In this document: positions 24,737 to 35,381 of the stretch, piece by piece
Position numbering within the stretch: position 1 is the first letter of the stretch
How the letters are laid out: the number at the start of each line of letters is the position of its first letter
DNA from: Cyanophora paradoxa CCMP329
Taxonomy: Eukaryota; Plantae; Glaucophyta
Direction of reading: 5' to 3'
NCBI GenBank assembly: GCA_004431415.1
Contig: QPMI01000269.1
Span: 39,948 to 103,947, forward strand
DNA: 64,000 nt
Notes under the pieces: generated by a model
Databases searched by the model: none
Told to the model about the DNA's origin: nothing
What the model saw: the letters and a program-made list of their open reading frames with translations, nothing else
Program-made: the position numbers and the translations under genes

Positions 24737-26674
24737 GCACTCCCCGCAGGCGGCCGCAGTTCCCGCTCCCTGCGGCGCGCCATACGCGGAGCATCACAGG
24801 AGCTCTCCGGCGGCGGTGGCACCCACTCCGGCGGCAGCGGTGCGCCCATCGCCGCCGTCCCCGCCTCCGCCTCCTCCGGTCTCGGTCGCGGACCTCCCGC
24901 GGCTAAGTCCGATCGCCCCCCCCTCGGCATCTTCCCCCCGGGCGTCGCCCGTCCGAGCACCCGGTGTTATACCAGCGTCCGATGTCCCGGGCCGTTGCGT
25001 CCAGCGGCCTAGCGGACAGGACGTTGCGTCTGTTGTCCCCGAGACCCGCAGTTCGACTCCGACCGGGTCCACTTCCGCCGCTTCGAATCGGGAGCGGCGC
25101 GTTTCCACGGCGACCGCCGTCGCCCACGCCCAAGACCCGCGCTCGATTCCCGCCGGGTCCTCTTTCGCCGCTTCGACTCCGGAGCGGCCCCCTTCCACGT
25201 CGGCGGCAGCTACCGCGCCCGCGCGCGCGCCCGCGCGCATCCGCAAGCAACCGCTGCCCCCCCCTTTCGACACGACCGTCCCGACCTACCCCACCAGTGC
25301 CGTCGGCGGCGCCACGCTCCCTCCGGGACTGGCGCCCACGCCCGTGAACCTCCCCAACCTTCTGGCAGCGCTGACGGACCATCCGGACCCCACGCTCGCC
25401 GCCCGCCTGTCCCAGGGCTTCACTCACGGCTTCCCCCTGCTCTACCGCGGGCCACCCTACTCGGCGGTCCACAGGCCCCATCCCACGGCGCTGGAGCACC
25501 TCGACGCCGTTCGGGCGGATGTCGCCAAAGAGCGGGCCGCGGGCCGCATGGCCGGCCCTTTCCCGCATCCGCCCTTCGCCCCCTTCGTCGCCTCGCCACT
25601 CGGCGCGGTGCCGAAGAAGCGCTCCAACCCGCCAAAGTGGCGGCGCATCACCGACCTCTCCTATCCCCGCTTCCGCGGCTTCAGCGTCAACCGCGGCATC
25701 GACAATGCCCCCCTCCACTACACCTCCCCGTCGGTGGCAGACGCGATCGAGCTCATCATCACGCTGGGACGGCTCACGCAGCTGGGCAAGGCCGACGTAC
25801 GAGACGCCTTCCGCCTCCTGCCGGTTCGCCCGGAGGACTACTGGCTGCTGGGCGCCGCCCTCCCCTCCGAGGATCCCACCCGCCCCGGCGAGTACGACTT
25901 CTACTACGACATGGCCCTCCCGTTCGGCGGCCGCTCCTCCCCACGCACGTTCGAGGACCTCGGGCAGGCCCTCGACCATGTCCTCCGCCGGGCTGGTGTC
26001 CTCTTCCTGCGCTACGTCGACGACATCCTTGTGCTCGGGCGCCCTGGCACCGCCGAGTGTGCACAGTCGATGGAGGCCCTGCAGGCCATCTGCTCCCACC
26101 TGGGCATCCCACTGGCCGCGGAGAAGCTGGAGGGGCCCGCCTTCCGCTTAGTCTTCCTTGGCGTCGAGCTCGACACCGAGGCGATGGAGGCGCGCCTCTC
26201 CGCCGGCCGCTACGAGGACCTCGTGTCGCTCCTCGGCCGCTGGGAGGGGAAGCGGCACGCCACCCGGCACGACCTCCAGTCCTTGCCGGCCTCCTCACCT
26301 CTGCCACCGCCGTCATCCCCCGGGCCGCTTCTTCCTCCAGCGCGTGCTGAGTCTCATCTCCGCGCTGCGTGCGGACCACCACCGTGCCACGCTCCACCCC
26401 GGCTTCCATGCGGACCTCCGGTGGTGGCGCTTCCTGCTCGCCGAGCGGCACGGCGTCCGCCTCCTCCCCACCTCGGCCCGCTGGGCCGACTCGCGGGAGC
26501 TCCGCCTGGAGACCGATGCCAGCGGCGTGGGTTTTGGCGCCGTCTTCGGCGACGCCTGGCTCTTTGGCGCCTGGGCCGACCACCCTGACATCCCTGCCAG
26601 CATGCCCTGGCGCGAGCTCATGGCGATCGTCATCGCCGCCACCACCTGGGGCCCCCAGTGGTATCGCCGGCGCA
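24733..26674 (+). CDS. pol: Reverse transcriptase and N-terminal half of RNase H of the YR retrotransposon (two single-base frameshifts near 26281 and 26320)
   Basis: GPF..PP..SPLGAVPK..R.ITDLS.P..SVN, KADVRDAFR, LPFGGRSSP, YVDD (26013-26024), FLGVELD, then RNase H ETDASGVGFGA and WRELMAI. Start approximate. Confidence 0.9.
26660..26674 (+). repeat. Left target-site duplication of the LINE (GGTATCGCCGGCGCA)
   Basis: Exact 15-bp match to 33497-33511; flanking bases differ. Confidence 0.95.
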
Positions 26675-29600
26675 CTCTTCGTGGCGAGCGTGTACATGCC
26701 CGCGTCCGAGAGCAAAGCTGCGCATCGCCAGGATCAGGAGAAGGTCGTCGAAGAACTGACGAAGATGTACGACGACTTCTACGAGCGTGAAAACGCGCAC
26801 CTGCTGCTCCTGGGAGACTGGAACTCGGTCCCGGTCCCGTCGAGCTCGCGCATCCGAAACGGCGCCCTGGCCCAGAGCCACAAAGCCGAACGGAAGTGGT
26901 GGCACACGATGATCGACTCGTGGGACCTGCGCGACGCCGGGATGTCCCACGCGGCGAAACATGATGACGGAACTCTCTGCGGAGCACGCGAGATCACGCA
27001 CCGCACCCCGCACGGAAGCAAGGGCCAAGGGGCGTCGGTCGGGGCGGCGGCGGCACCTGTGCCGTCAGACGGCGTAGACGAGTCAGAGGACGCGGAACGC
27101 GAAGCAGAGGAGGAAACGCCGGCTGACCTACCAAAAGATGCGCTCTGGCACGCGGCGCGCATCGATGCAGTGCTGGTCTCGGAATCACTGGATCACGTGC
27201 TCCTCAGCGCGCACACGTGCCCCGCGTGGGTCGATGCGCCGCACGACTCGGACCACTATCCAGCGTTCGCGGACTTCGACCTGAAGGAGGCGGGCATGAC
27301 AGCGCCGGTGGGACCGAAGCCAGAACCGAAACCCGGGCCACCAGTATTTGACCCGGACGGCCTGAAGCGCACACAAAACGAGAAAGATGAGCTGAAAAGA
27401 GAGCTAAACAGGCAGCTCGGCGAAGCTGTCGGGCGGATCTTGACGCCGTCGGCGAGGGCACGCCGGAAAGAGCGTCTCGAACGACTGAGCCGCATCCACG
27501 CTGCGTGCGCGAGCCTTGTTCAGGAGGTGGCAAAGGAACATCTATGCATGAGGGGCCGAGGGGGAAGCCGACCAAGCCGCGCAACCTGCCGTGGCAGGCG
27601 AAGGCCGACGCCAGAGTCGCCCGCATTCTCGCTGCTTGGAGGAAGGAACCAGGCGGGATCCCGTCGGAGCTGACGGTCCAGGCGATCGAGAAGCTGCTGC
27701 ACTACGTGACCGCCAGGGAAGGCCTCCGACCCTTCCCGCTCCGTCCGGCTGAACGGCGCCAAGCAAGGGCTGAGCAAGGCTCACCGCCGCCCGGATCCCC
27801 ACATGCGCACTCGAGCTCGCACAGCTCACAAGGCTCGCGCAGCGGTAGCCCCGCGCCGGTCCCAGCCGTACCCCGGTCCCCAGGTACCCCCCCGGCTGAT
27901 CAGGAAGAGGACTGGGCCGAGGTGCACCGGCGGCAGCTCAAAGAAGACTGGGCGACCTTCTTCCGGGAGCTGAAAGTATGGCGAAACCGGACGCGGCACG
28001 ACCTGCAGAAAATCCGCCGGGCGCTCCAGGCGGAGGACGTCGAGAGGGCATTAAAAGAGAGGCTAGACAAGTTCATGGACGGCCGCCAGCTCGGATCCTA
28101 TATAGCCGCGGTGCTAGAAAAGCCGCGAAACCGCCCGATCATGCACATCACGCGTGTGTCCAAGGACGGAAAAACGTATGAAATCTACACGGAGCCTGAG
28201 GAAGTGAAACGACTCCTAAAAGAGCACTGGCGGAAATGGTGCCGGCGCCGACGCCCACGCGTGGGCTGCACCCAGAGACAATACCGGAAAGCGCGCTGAA
28301 GGATAGCATGGGGAAAGAACTGCTCGACTTCTGGAGGTTGGAATACGAGCCAAAAGCATACGCGGATCCTGAACTATTCCGAAACGACATGTCGGTGCCG
28401 AGCGAAGGCGAGCTCGGCGACTACATTAAAACGCTAAGAAACACGGCAGCCGGGCCGTCGAACTTCTCGTATGCTATGGTAAAGTTCCTATGGGCGCCGG
28501 TGCCCAAGCCGAAGCCCAAAGACGGTAAGGGCGACGAGGCCGGTGGCCCAGCGCCGGAGGGCCCGAGCCCAGCCGACGAGAGCGCCGAGGAGGCCACGGA
28601 AGAGGAGCCCGTACACTGGGGCCGGAAGCTGCTGCTCTCGCTGGTGGCTGAAGCGATCCGCCTCCGGGACCTGCCGGATGCCGTGTGTCAGGGCAACATT
28701 CTCGGCATTACTAAGAGCCGGGAGTGGGACGGGGATATCGAAAATAACCTGCGACCGATCACCCTGCAGGAGGTGGCCTTGAAGCTGACCACTGGCCTCC
28801 TGAACGCGCGCCTGTCCCGGACAATCCATCAGAACGGGCTCCTGAAAGGGGCCAACTACGGCTTCAGACCTGGTTGCTCGACGGACGACGCCCTCCACGT
28901 CTTTAACGCAGTCCTCGAGGACGCGAAGGAGTTCAAGAAGCCCCTGTACATCCTGCTGCAGGATATCAGGCGAGCGTACGACTCCGTCTCGTGGGAGAGC
29001 ATGGAGCTCTCGATGCGGAGGCTGAACGTACCCGAGGGGTACATCGAGCTCCACAGGAACATATTCCGGCGCCGCAGGGCGCGGGCAATCTCCGGTCACG
29101 GCCTCTCCGACGAGTTCGAGCTCGAGTGCGGGCTGCCGCAGGGCGGTGTCGAGTCGCCGCTGCACTGGCTGATCTTCTACGATGCCCTCCTCTGCGCGCA
29201 AGAGCGCCTGGATCAGCACGAGCGCCAGCACGGAAAGAAGACGGCAAAGACGATAGAGCACTATGCCCACCCCGAGAGCTGGGAGGAGCCGGGCACGGCG
29301 TACGTGATGGGGAACCCGAGGGAGACCGATGCTGCGGAACGCGAGGGCCGGGCCCGCGTCAGCGGCGTGGCGTACGCCGATGACACGAAGTGGATGAGCG
29401 GAAGCATGCGGGGGCTACAGGCCCAGGCCGACGTGGCCGGCGAGTTCTTCCGCCTGCACGATATCGAGGTCAACGCGAAGAAGACGATCTTCACGTGGAA
29501 CAACGCACGTCGCGAAGTTGAGAGCAAACCTGGGGCCCACCCCGCCGCGAAGAAGAAGGAGAAGCAGCCCTCCCCGCCGAAGATCAACGGTACCCCCGTC

Positions 29601-32600
29601 GGACTTGTCCGCCAGCCCCAAGAGCACTTCAAGCTCCTCGGGTATACATGAGCGCAAACCTGAACTGGGATCGTCAGTGGCAGTACATCTGCGATCAGGC
29701 GCGGGCGCAGTCGCGCTGATAGAACGCAAGAAGCTCACCGCGAACGAGGCCTGCTACCTTGTCGAGGCCGTAGTGCAGGCCCGCATCTCGTACGGCCTGA
29801 AGCTCATGACCCTGAGCGAGAGTCAGTGCCAGGAACTCGATCGTATTTGGATGAGGGTCGTCAAGCACCACGGGAACCTCGCCGCCTCGACGACGAATTA
29901 CGCAATCTGGAGCCACGGGGGTACAGCCTCAAACGAACAGCCCACCTGCAAGCGGAGGCGCAAATCACAGAGGCTCAGATCCGGCTCTGCGCGCCCGAGG
30001 GCTCGCTGCTGGCTCGGGGGGTACGGCACCGGGTGCGCGCACTGCAGGAGAAGCTTGGGGTGCCTCTGCTCCCGACCGAGTTCCTAAACGCGCCCATCTC
30101 CAGCGAACTCGCCCGCGGGAACTCCCTGGCGGCGATCATGCCGCAAATGCAGCGCCGTAAGTACCGGCTGATGTCGAATCACGCGCGCTATGCGGCGTTC
30201 CGCACCTTGCCCGGGGCGGAGCCTTGGCCTGACCCGGAGCGCCTCGACCGGCGCTACGTCGTGGCAATGCACATCCAAGATCCGTCTTCAGCGTCGCGGC
30301 CCTGCCCTGTACGGGGCGGGCGTGACGACCATGGACGCGGTGACGGCAGCGGACGGCGAGACCCTGCGAACCTGGCAGGACCTGTACATGGGCGCGCCCA
30401 AGGGGACGCTGCAGAAGAGCGAGCCTGCGTGGTGGCGTGAGGTAGCGAACGCGCTCGCGGTTGATGGGAAGCAGCTGCGGCACCCGATGCGGCGGGCAGG
30501 AGAGCGCGCGTCAGCCATGGCCTCGCTCCCTGGCGGGGCCGGAAGGTGAAGTGGGCAAAGGACGCGTTCGTAGCCGTATTTGAGGCGGAGCAACTGCACG
30601 ATGAATCTGCCGAGCCCCACGTGGGGCGAGTCGTTACGTTCAAATCCGAGACGGGCAGCATATTAGCGTCGGAGTACCTGCTGGAGCACTGGGTGCCGGT
30701 GCCAAAGGGCGCGGACCCCGACGCGGAGAAAGAGGGACTCTACTGCCGGTGCGACGGTCACTGCCGGCACCCCGAAATAGAGGGGCGGACGAGCACGTAC
30801 ACGGCGGTGCAGGGACAGGGAAGCAGTACTGGCACCATGACGACCGGTGCACGCGCAATGCTCCATCGCGCTGCCCGAAATGAGTCAGTGCGACGGCTCG
30901 TGGACGCACGGGAAGGGCTGGTGGAGGAGGAGGATACCCTCCTCGCCTTGGAAGGCGAACCGACGGAGGAGACGCCGGCGGTAGCGGCGGGTCAGGAGAC
31001 GAAGTCGAAGCGCGGGCGCAAGCAGGTCGCCCTGCGACCGACCTTGGAGTACTACGACCCGGGCCTGCGCACGCAAGACGACGAGAAACGCAGGGCGCTG
31101 CTTCTCCAGGCCCGCGTGAAAGCCGTACAGGATGGTGACGAGCGCTTCCTCCGCGAACAGCTGAGCCCGGAGGCCGAGGCTGAGCTGCAGGCCGCGCTGG
31201 AAGTGGCTGCGGCGGCGACGCCGGGCGCCGAGCCGCGGGACGAGGCACAACCTGTGTCAGATTCAGCAGAGCAGAGCGAACTCTACTACGCGGGCGGAGC
31301 GCCGCGCCACTGGGACTCCCGGCGGCGCAGGAAGGGGTCACCCTCACCGTTTACTGGCAGCACATGCTGGCAAATTGGGAGCAGATCGAAGAGGCGGAAC
31401 TCGCGAAGCTCGGCCGTCGCCCGGGGAAACTCGAGCAGTGGATATGGACGGACGGGAGCCTGAAGAAGGGTCAAACGGAAGGGGCGCACGCGGGCCTCGG
31501 CGTCGTGAGCCCGGCTGAGTTCCGGACGGGACCGTGGCGAACCACCCGGAATGGGCAGGCACGTACGTTGGCAGGCTGCGCGGGCTTCAAGAGAACAACA
31601 AGGCTGAGCTCCAGGCTGCGATCGTCGCCGACGTGCTCGCGGCGCAGGGGGTGCGCCTGCACACGGACAGTCAGAACGTCTGCACGTGGTTCGATAAGTT
31701 CGTGCTGAATGCGCACGATATGCACATGCGAGACTACATCCGGAACACGTGCAGCGCTGAGCTGTACGCGTGGTCCAAGTTCCGCGCCCTGGTGATGGGA
31801 CGGGATCGGCAGCGGCCGGCTGCGGTTATCAAGGTCAAGGCGCACAGCGACGAGGATATGCACGAGCTAAACGACGCCGCCGACAGAGCGGCCGATCAAG
31901 GCGCGCACCTGGAACAGGAGGAACTGGACGAGAACATCTTCCTGCCGCCCGAGTTCAGCATGCCGGCAGTGCTGACGATCGAGGGACCGACCGGGATAGT
32001 CAGGCGAGTCGAAGGCGACCCTCGGCGGCACGCCGCTGTGCTTCACGCGCACCACACGCACTTCGCGTGGGCGAACCAGCTCAAGGCCGGGGAGTGGCTA
32101 CGGCTGCCAGTGGATCACGGCGCAGTATACGATCAGATGGCTATGGGGCCCCGCCGAGTCGGAGTGAGCCGAGAGAGCAACTGCTTCCGGGGTACGCACA
32201 TGAAACTCGTTTTGGGTACGGTGGCGACGGCCCTCGTCCGCAAGCGAGACGCGCCCGAGCTCTACAGCGAAGTGAACCCGGCAGGACTCTGTGCGCTCTG
32301 CAGCACACGGGAAATCGATGGCGACGGCCGGCCCAGCTTGTGACTGGGCCCGAGGAGACGCTGGAGCACGTCCTCACCTGCCCCAGCGCGGTGGCGACGG
32401 AGGCGCGCACCGCTGCGGAAGCACGCATCGCAGCGACGGTCAGCGAGGCCCTCGAAGGCGCGCAGAAGCGGTCAGTGCCACACGCGCTCTCCAGCTCCCT
32501 GAAGGTCACGAGAGTAAACGACCCGACGCTCACGGCAGCTGAACGGCAGGCGCAGATGTGCGTGCTACGGGGGCTGCCCCGGCGGGCCTCACCGATATGA

Positions 32601-33496
32601 TTCGCGAGACCGTCACGGACGCCAAGAAAGCTGCCCAGGTCGTGCGCAAGCTGACGACGGCCATAGGCGAGCAGGCCCATAAAACGTGGGCCGCCAGATG
32701 CCAGGCGTACGCGGAGTGGGAGAAGGCGTGCGGGATCACGAAGGTCATGAAAGAACGTCGCGCCAAGGCGAAGCGCACTGAGGCGCGCGGGCGCGAGGCC
32801 GACGCGCCGCCTGACGATACGGCTGGCAACGCTCGCAGGAAGCGCGCGGATCCGGAGCCCCGGCAGCGGGAACGCTGCAGGGAGTGCGGTGCCCTCGAGT
32901 CCCGCCACCAAGGCGGGGAAACCCTAGCCCTCTCACACCTGAGCTGCCCGCCAGACGACTACGGCTGGGTCCGGGCTTCAGCGGCCATGCAAGTATACGA
33001 CCATACGAACAGTATGCTTGGGGCGTGGGCACACAGAGGGCGCGCCCGCGCTAGAGGGAGACACTGGGGGATTGCGGTCTGGGGCGGGGCCGGAGGACGC
33101 AACACCAACAAATGGAGGCGGCGGAGGCGACGGCAGGAGGCGGCCAGTAGCCCAATCTACTGGGGCTGGCGAGGAGCCTGGCACACGGCGCGGCGAGGCC
33201 CTTGGGCAGCGCTGGCGGCGGACATACCATGATTGGGAGTCTTTTGTAGAGATAGGACCTCGTAGCCGGGAGTTTAGGTTGGTTTAGAAATCGATACAGC
33301 TAGCTTCCACATCATTAGTATTAGTTAGAAACCTCCTTAGCTAGATATCTAGACACGAAACCTTCAAACCTTTCGTTCATTTTGTACTTTCTAAAGCACA
33401 GCATACGACGGTCCTCGATAGTATCTAGTCGGAGAGATTTATTGGGCGATGTGAAACTCATTGTAGTTGTGTTGTGTGCTAATGCAAGAGATTTTG
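26675..33496 (+). mobile_element. 5'-truncated non-LTR retrotransposon (APE-RT-RNase H-CCHC) with several frameshifts
   Basis: APE motifs VYMP, GDWN, RID, SDH. RT motifs AGPS, RPITL, GFRPG.ST, DIRRAYDSV, GLPQG, YADD (29373-29384). RNase H WTDGS, NKAEL, TDSQ, KVKAH, NDAAD. Knuckle CALC..ETLEHVLTC. Bounded by the 15-bp TSD. Confidence 0.93.
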
Positions 33497-33511
33497 GGTA
33501 TCGCCGGCGCA
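33497..33511 (+). repeat. Right target-site duplication of the LINE
   Basis: Identical to 26660-26674. Confidence 0.95.
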
Positions 33512-33810
33512 TCCACTTTCACACCGACTGCGAGCCCGTCGCCCTTGCCATCGCCAACGGCTACTCCCCCCGCCCCGGCTTCGCCGCCCTCCTCCGCACC
33601 CTCTATGCCCTTTCCGTCCTCCACTCTTTCGAGTTTCGCGCGACACACATTGCCGGCCTGTCTAACGTCCTGGCCGACCCCCTCTCCCGCCTCCAGATCG
33701 AGCAGTTCCGCCGACTGCACCAGTCAGCGGATTTTTTGCCGACCCCCGCCTGCTGGCCGTCGATCGACCCCTCGCCGCCCTCGCCACGCATCTCTACATG
33801 TCCGGCCTAG
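33512..33810 (+). CDS. C-terminal half of the YR-element RNase H
   Basis: Removing the LINE and one TSD gives in-frame WGPQWYRRRIHFHTDCEPV...HIAGLSNVLADPLSR, a DIRS-type RNase H ending. Confidence 0.92.
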
Positions 33811-34772
33811 CGGCCAGCACCCGTCGGAGCTACTCGTACCCGCAGCGCGAGTTCATCGAGTTTTGCCTCCAGCGGGGACTCCACGACCGGCAGGGCTCGG
33901 TTTTGCCGGCGTCCGAGACTACTCTCTGCTTCTTCGCGGCGCACCTCTTCCGCCGAGGCGGGGTTGCCCCGCCATCCATCCGCACGTACATCACGGCCGT
34001 GCAGTCGCTGCACGTCGATTCCGGCTTCAGCACCTTCTGGGGCGCCATGCCCCGCCTCGCCCGGCTGCTCGAGGGCATCGCCCGCGTGGCCGACCCGCGC
34101 CCCAAGCTCCGCCGCGACCCGATCACGCGCGGCCAGCTCAGTGCCCTCGCCCAGTACGCGGCTGCCCACCCTTCACCCGAGACGCGGCTCCTCTGGGCCG
34201 CCTTCGCCACTGCCTTCTTCGGCTTCTTCCGCTGCAGCGAGGTCTGCGCCGTCCGCCTCCCTGTGCCCGACCCGGCCCGGCTCTTCCAGCGCCGCGACCT
34301 CCGCTTCTTCGTCGACGAGGGCGAGCGCTTCGCCCGCCTCCGCCTGAAGAAGTCGAAGTCCGATCAGCGGGGCCAAGGCTGCGACGTCGACATCCCCCAC
34401 GTCGGCGGCCCGGAGTGCGCCCACTGTGCCCTGGAGGCCCTCGCTGCCTCCTGGACGGGCCCCGCCCGCCCCGACGCCTACGTCTTCGCCCACGCCGACT
34501 CCAGCCAGCCGCTGACCCGTTCAGAGCTGCACGCTGCCCTCCGCAACTGGCTCCGCGCCCTTGGCTATGCAGCCGACCCCCTGCTGCCTCACAGCTTCCG
34601 CATTGGCGCCGCGACCGCAGCGTTCGAGGCCGGCCTCCCCGACTACGCTATACAGCTCCTCGGCCGCTGGCGGTCCGACGCCTTCCAGCTGTACATCCGT
34701 GCGCGCCCCGAGCTTGTCCGCCGCCAGCGGGGCCTCCTCCTCACCGGCGGCTCCACGCCCCCGGCGACCTGA
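33798..34772 (+). CDS. Tyrosine recombinase of the Ngaro-like element
   Basis: Intact 324-aa ORF with FFRCSE (Arg), SKSDQ (Lys), HSFRIGAAT (His-x-x-Arg), GRWRS and the LYIR catalytic Tyr. Confidence 0.95.
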   Translation: MSGLAASTRRSYSYPQREFIEFCLQRGLHDRQGSVLPASETTLCFFAAHLFRRGGVAPPSIRTYITAVQSLHVDSGFSTFWGAMPRLARLLEGIARVADPRPKLRRDPITRGQLSALAQYAAAHPSPETRLLWAAFATAFFGFFRCSEVCAVRLPVPDPARLFQRRDLRFFVDEGERFARLRLKKSKSDQRGQGCDVDIPHVGGPECAHCALEALAASWTGPARPDAYVFAHADSSQPLTRSELHAALRNWLRALGYAADPLLPHSFRIGAATAAFEAGLPDYAIQLLGRWRSDAFQLYIRARPELVRRQRGLLLTGGSTPPAT

Positions 34773-35123
34773 TCTTCCTCACACATCTCTCTCCATGGGT
34801 GCCAGCGCGCGGCGCCCGCTTCGCCGCCGCCGCCCGCCTCGGCGCCTCGGTCCTGCCTCTCCCCTGTTTCGCGTACCCTAGGCCAGACTGCCGTACCCAG
34901 GACAGGTGTTGCGAACTAGCCCTAGTTCACGTACCCCTCTGCCTGATACGGACTCCAGCCCAGTTTACGCTCAGGATTTCACAGGATCTAGGCAGTCCCC
35001 TTCTTGGCACCCATTTCGAGTTGTGTATGCATTTACTAGATTAGCATATGACCATGCTAGCGACGCAGAGCTCACAGCACTGCGGGGAGTGTACCCCTCT
35101 ATTGCTCAGACTAAACGTATACT

Positions 35124-35232
35124 TGTAGTGCGCCAAATAAAATGGCGCGCCATCTTATTTTTATGGCGCACGCTTTTGAGCCATCGCAGAAAAAAAGGCG
35201 CCGGCCAGCGCAGCCGGAGCTTTGCGTTGGGG
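35124..35232 (+). repeat. Left terminal inverted repeat (109 bp)
   Basis: TGTAGTGCGCCAAATAAAATGG...TTTGCGTTGGGG is the reverse complement of 43297-43405. Confidence 0.95.
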
Positions 35233-35381
35233 AGTACTGCTAGGCTAGCTGTCGCGATCGAAATCGCCTATCATTATAGCCTACCGCCGGGCTACCGGTA
35301 TAGGACCGCACTGGGCGGGAAGCGGTCGGGGAGCCGCGCGCGCGCACCGAGCCCGAAGGCGCGGCCCCAGGCACATCAGCA

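Larger units (their letters stand above)
22600..35050 (+). mobile_element. Ngaro-like tyrosine-recombinase (DIRS order) retrotransposon interrupted by a LINE; termini not resolved
   Basis: Order gag - RT/RNase H - YR in overlapping frames, with no methyltransferase between RNase H and YR (unlike DIRS/PAT). Boundaries are estimates. Confidence 0.88.

Noticed and set aside
34773-35116. Split direct repeats (Ngaro A/B) or DIRS ITR/ICR termini
   Set aside because: Only short matches found (10-bp inverted ATGGGTGCCA/TGGCACCCAT, 10-bp direct GTACCCCTCT, a 7-bp hairpin), with no convincing match to 22565-22726.
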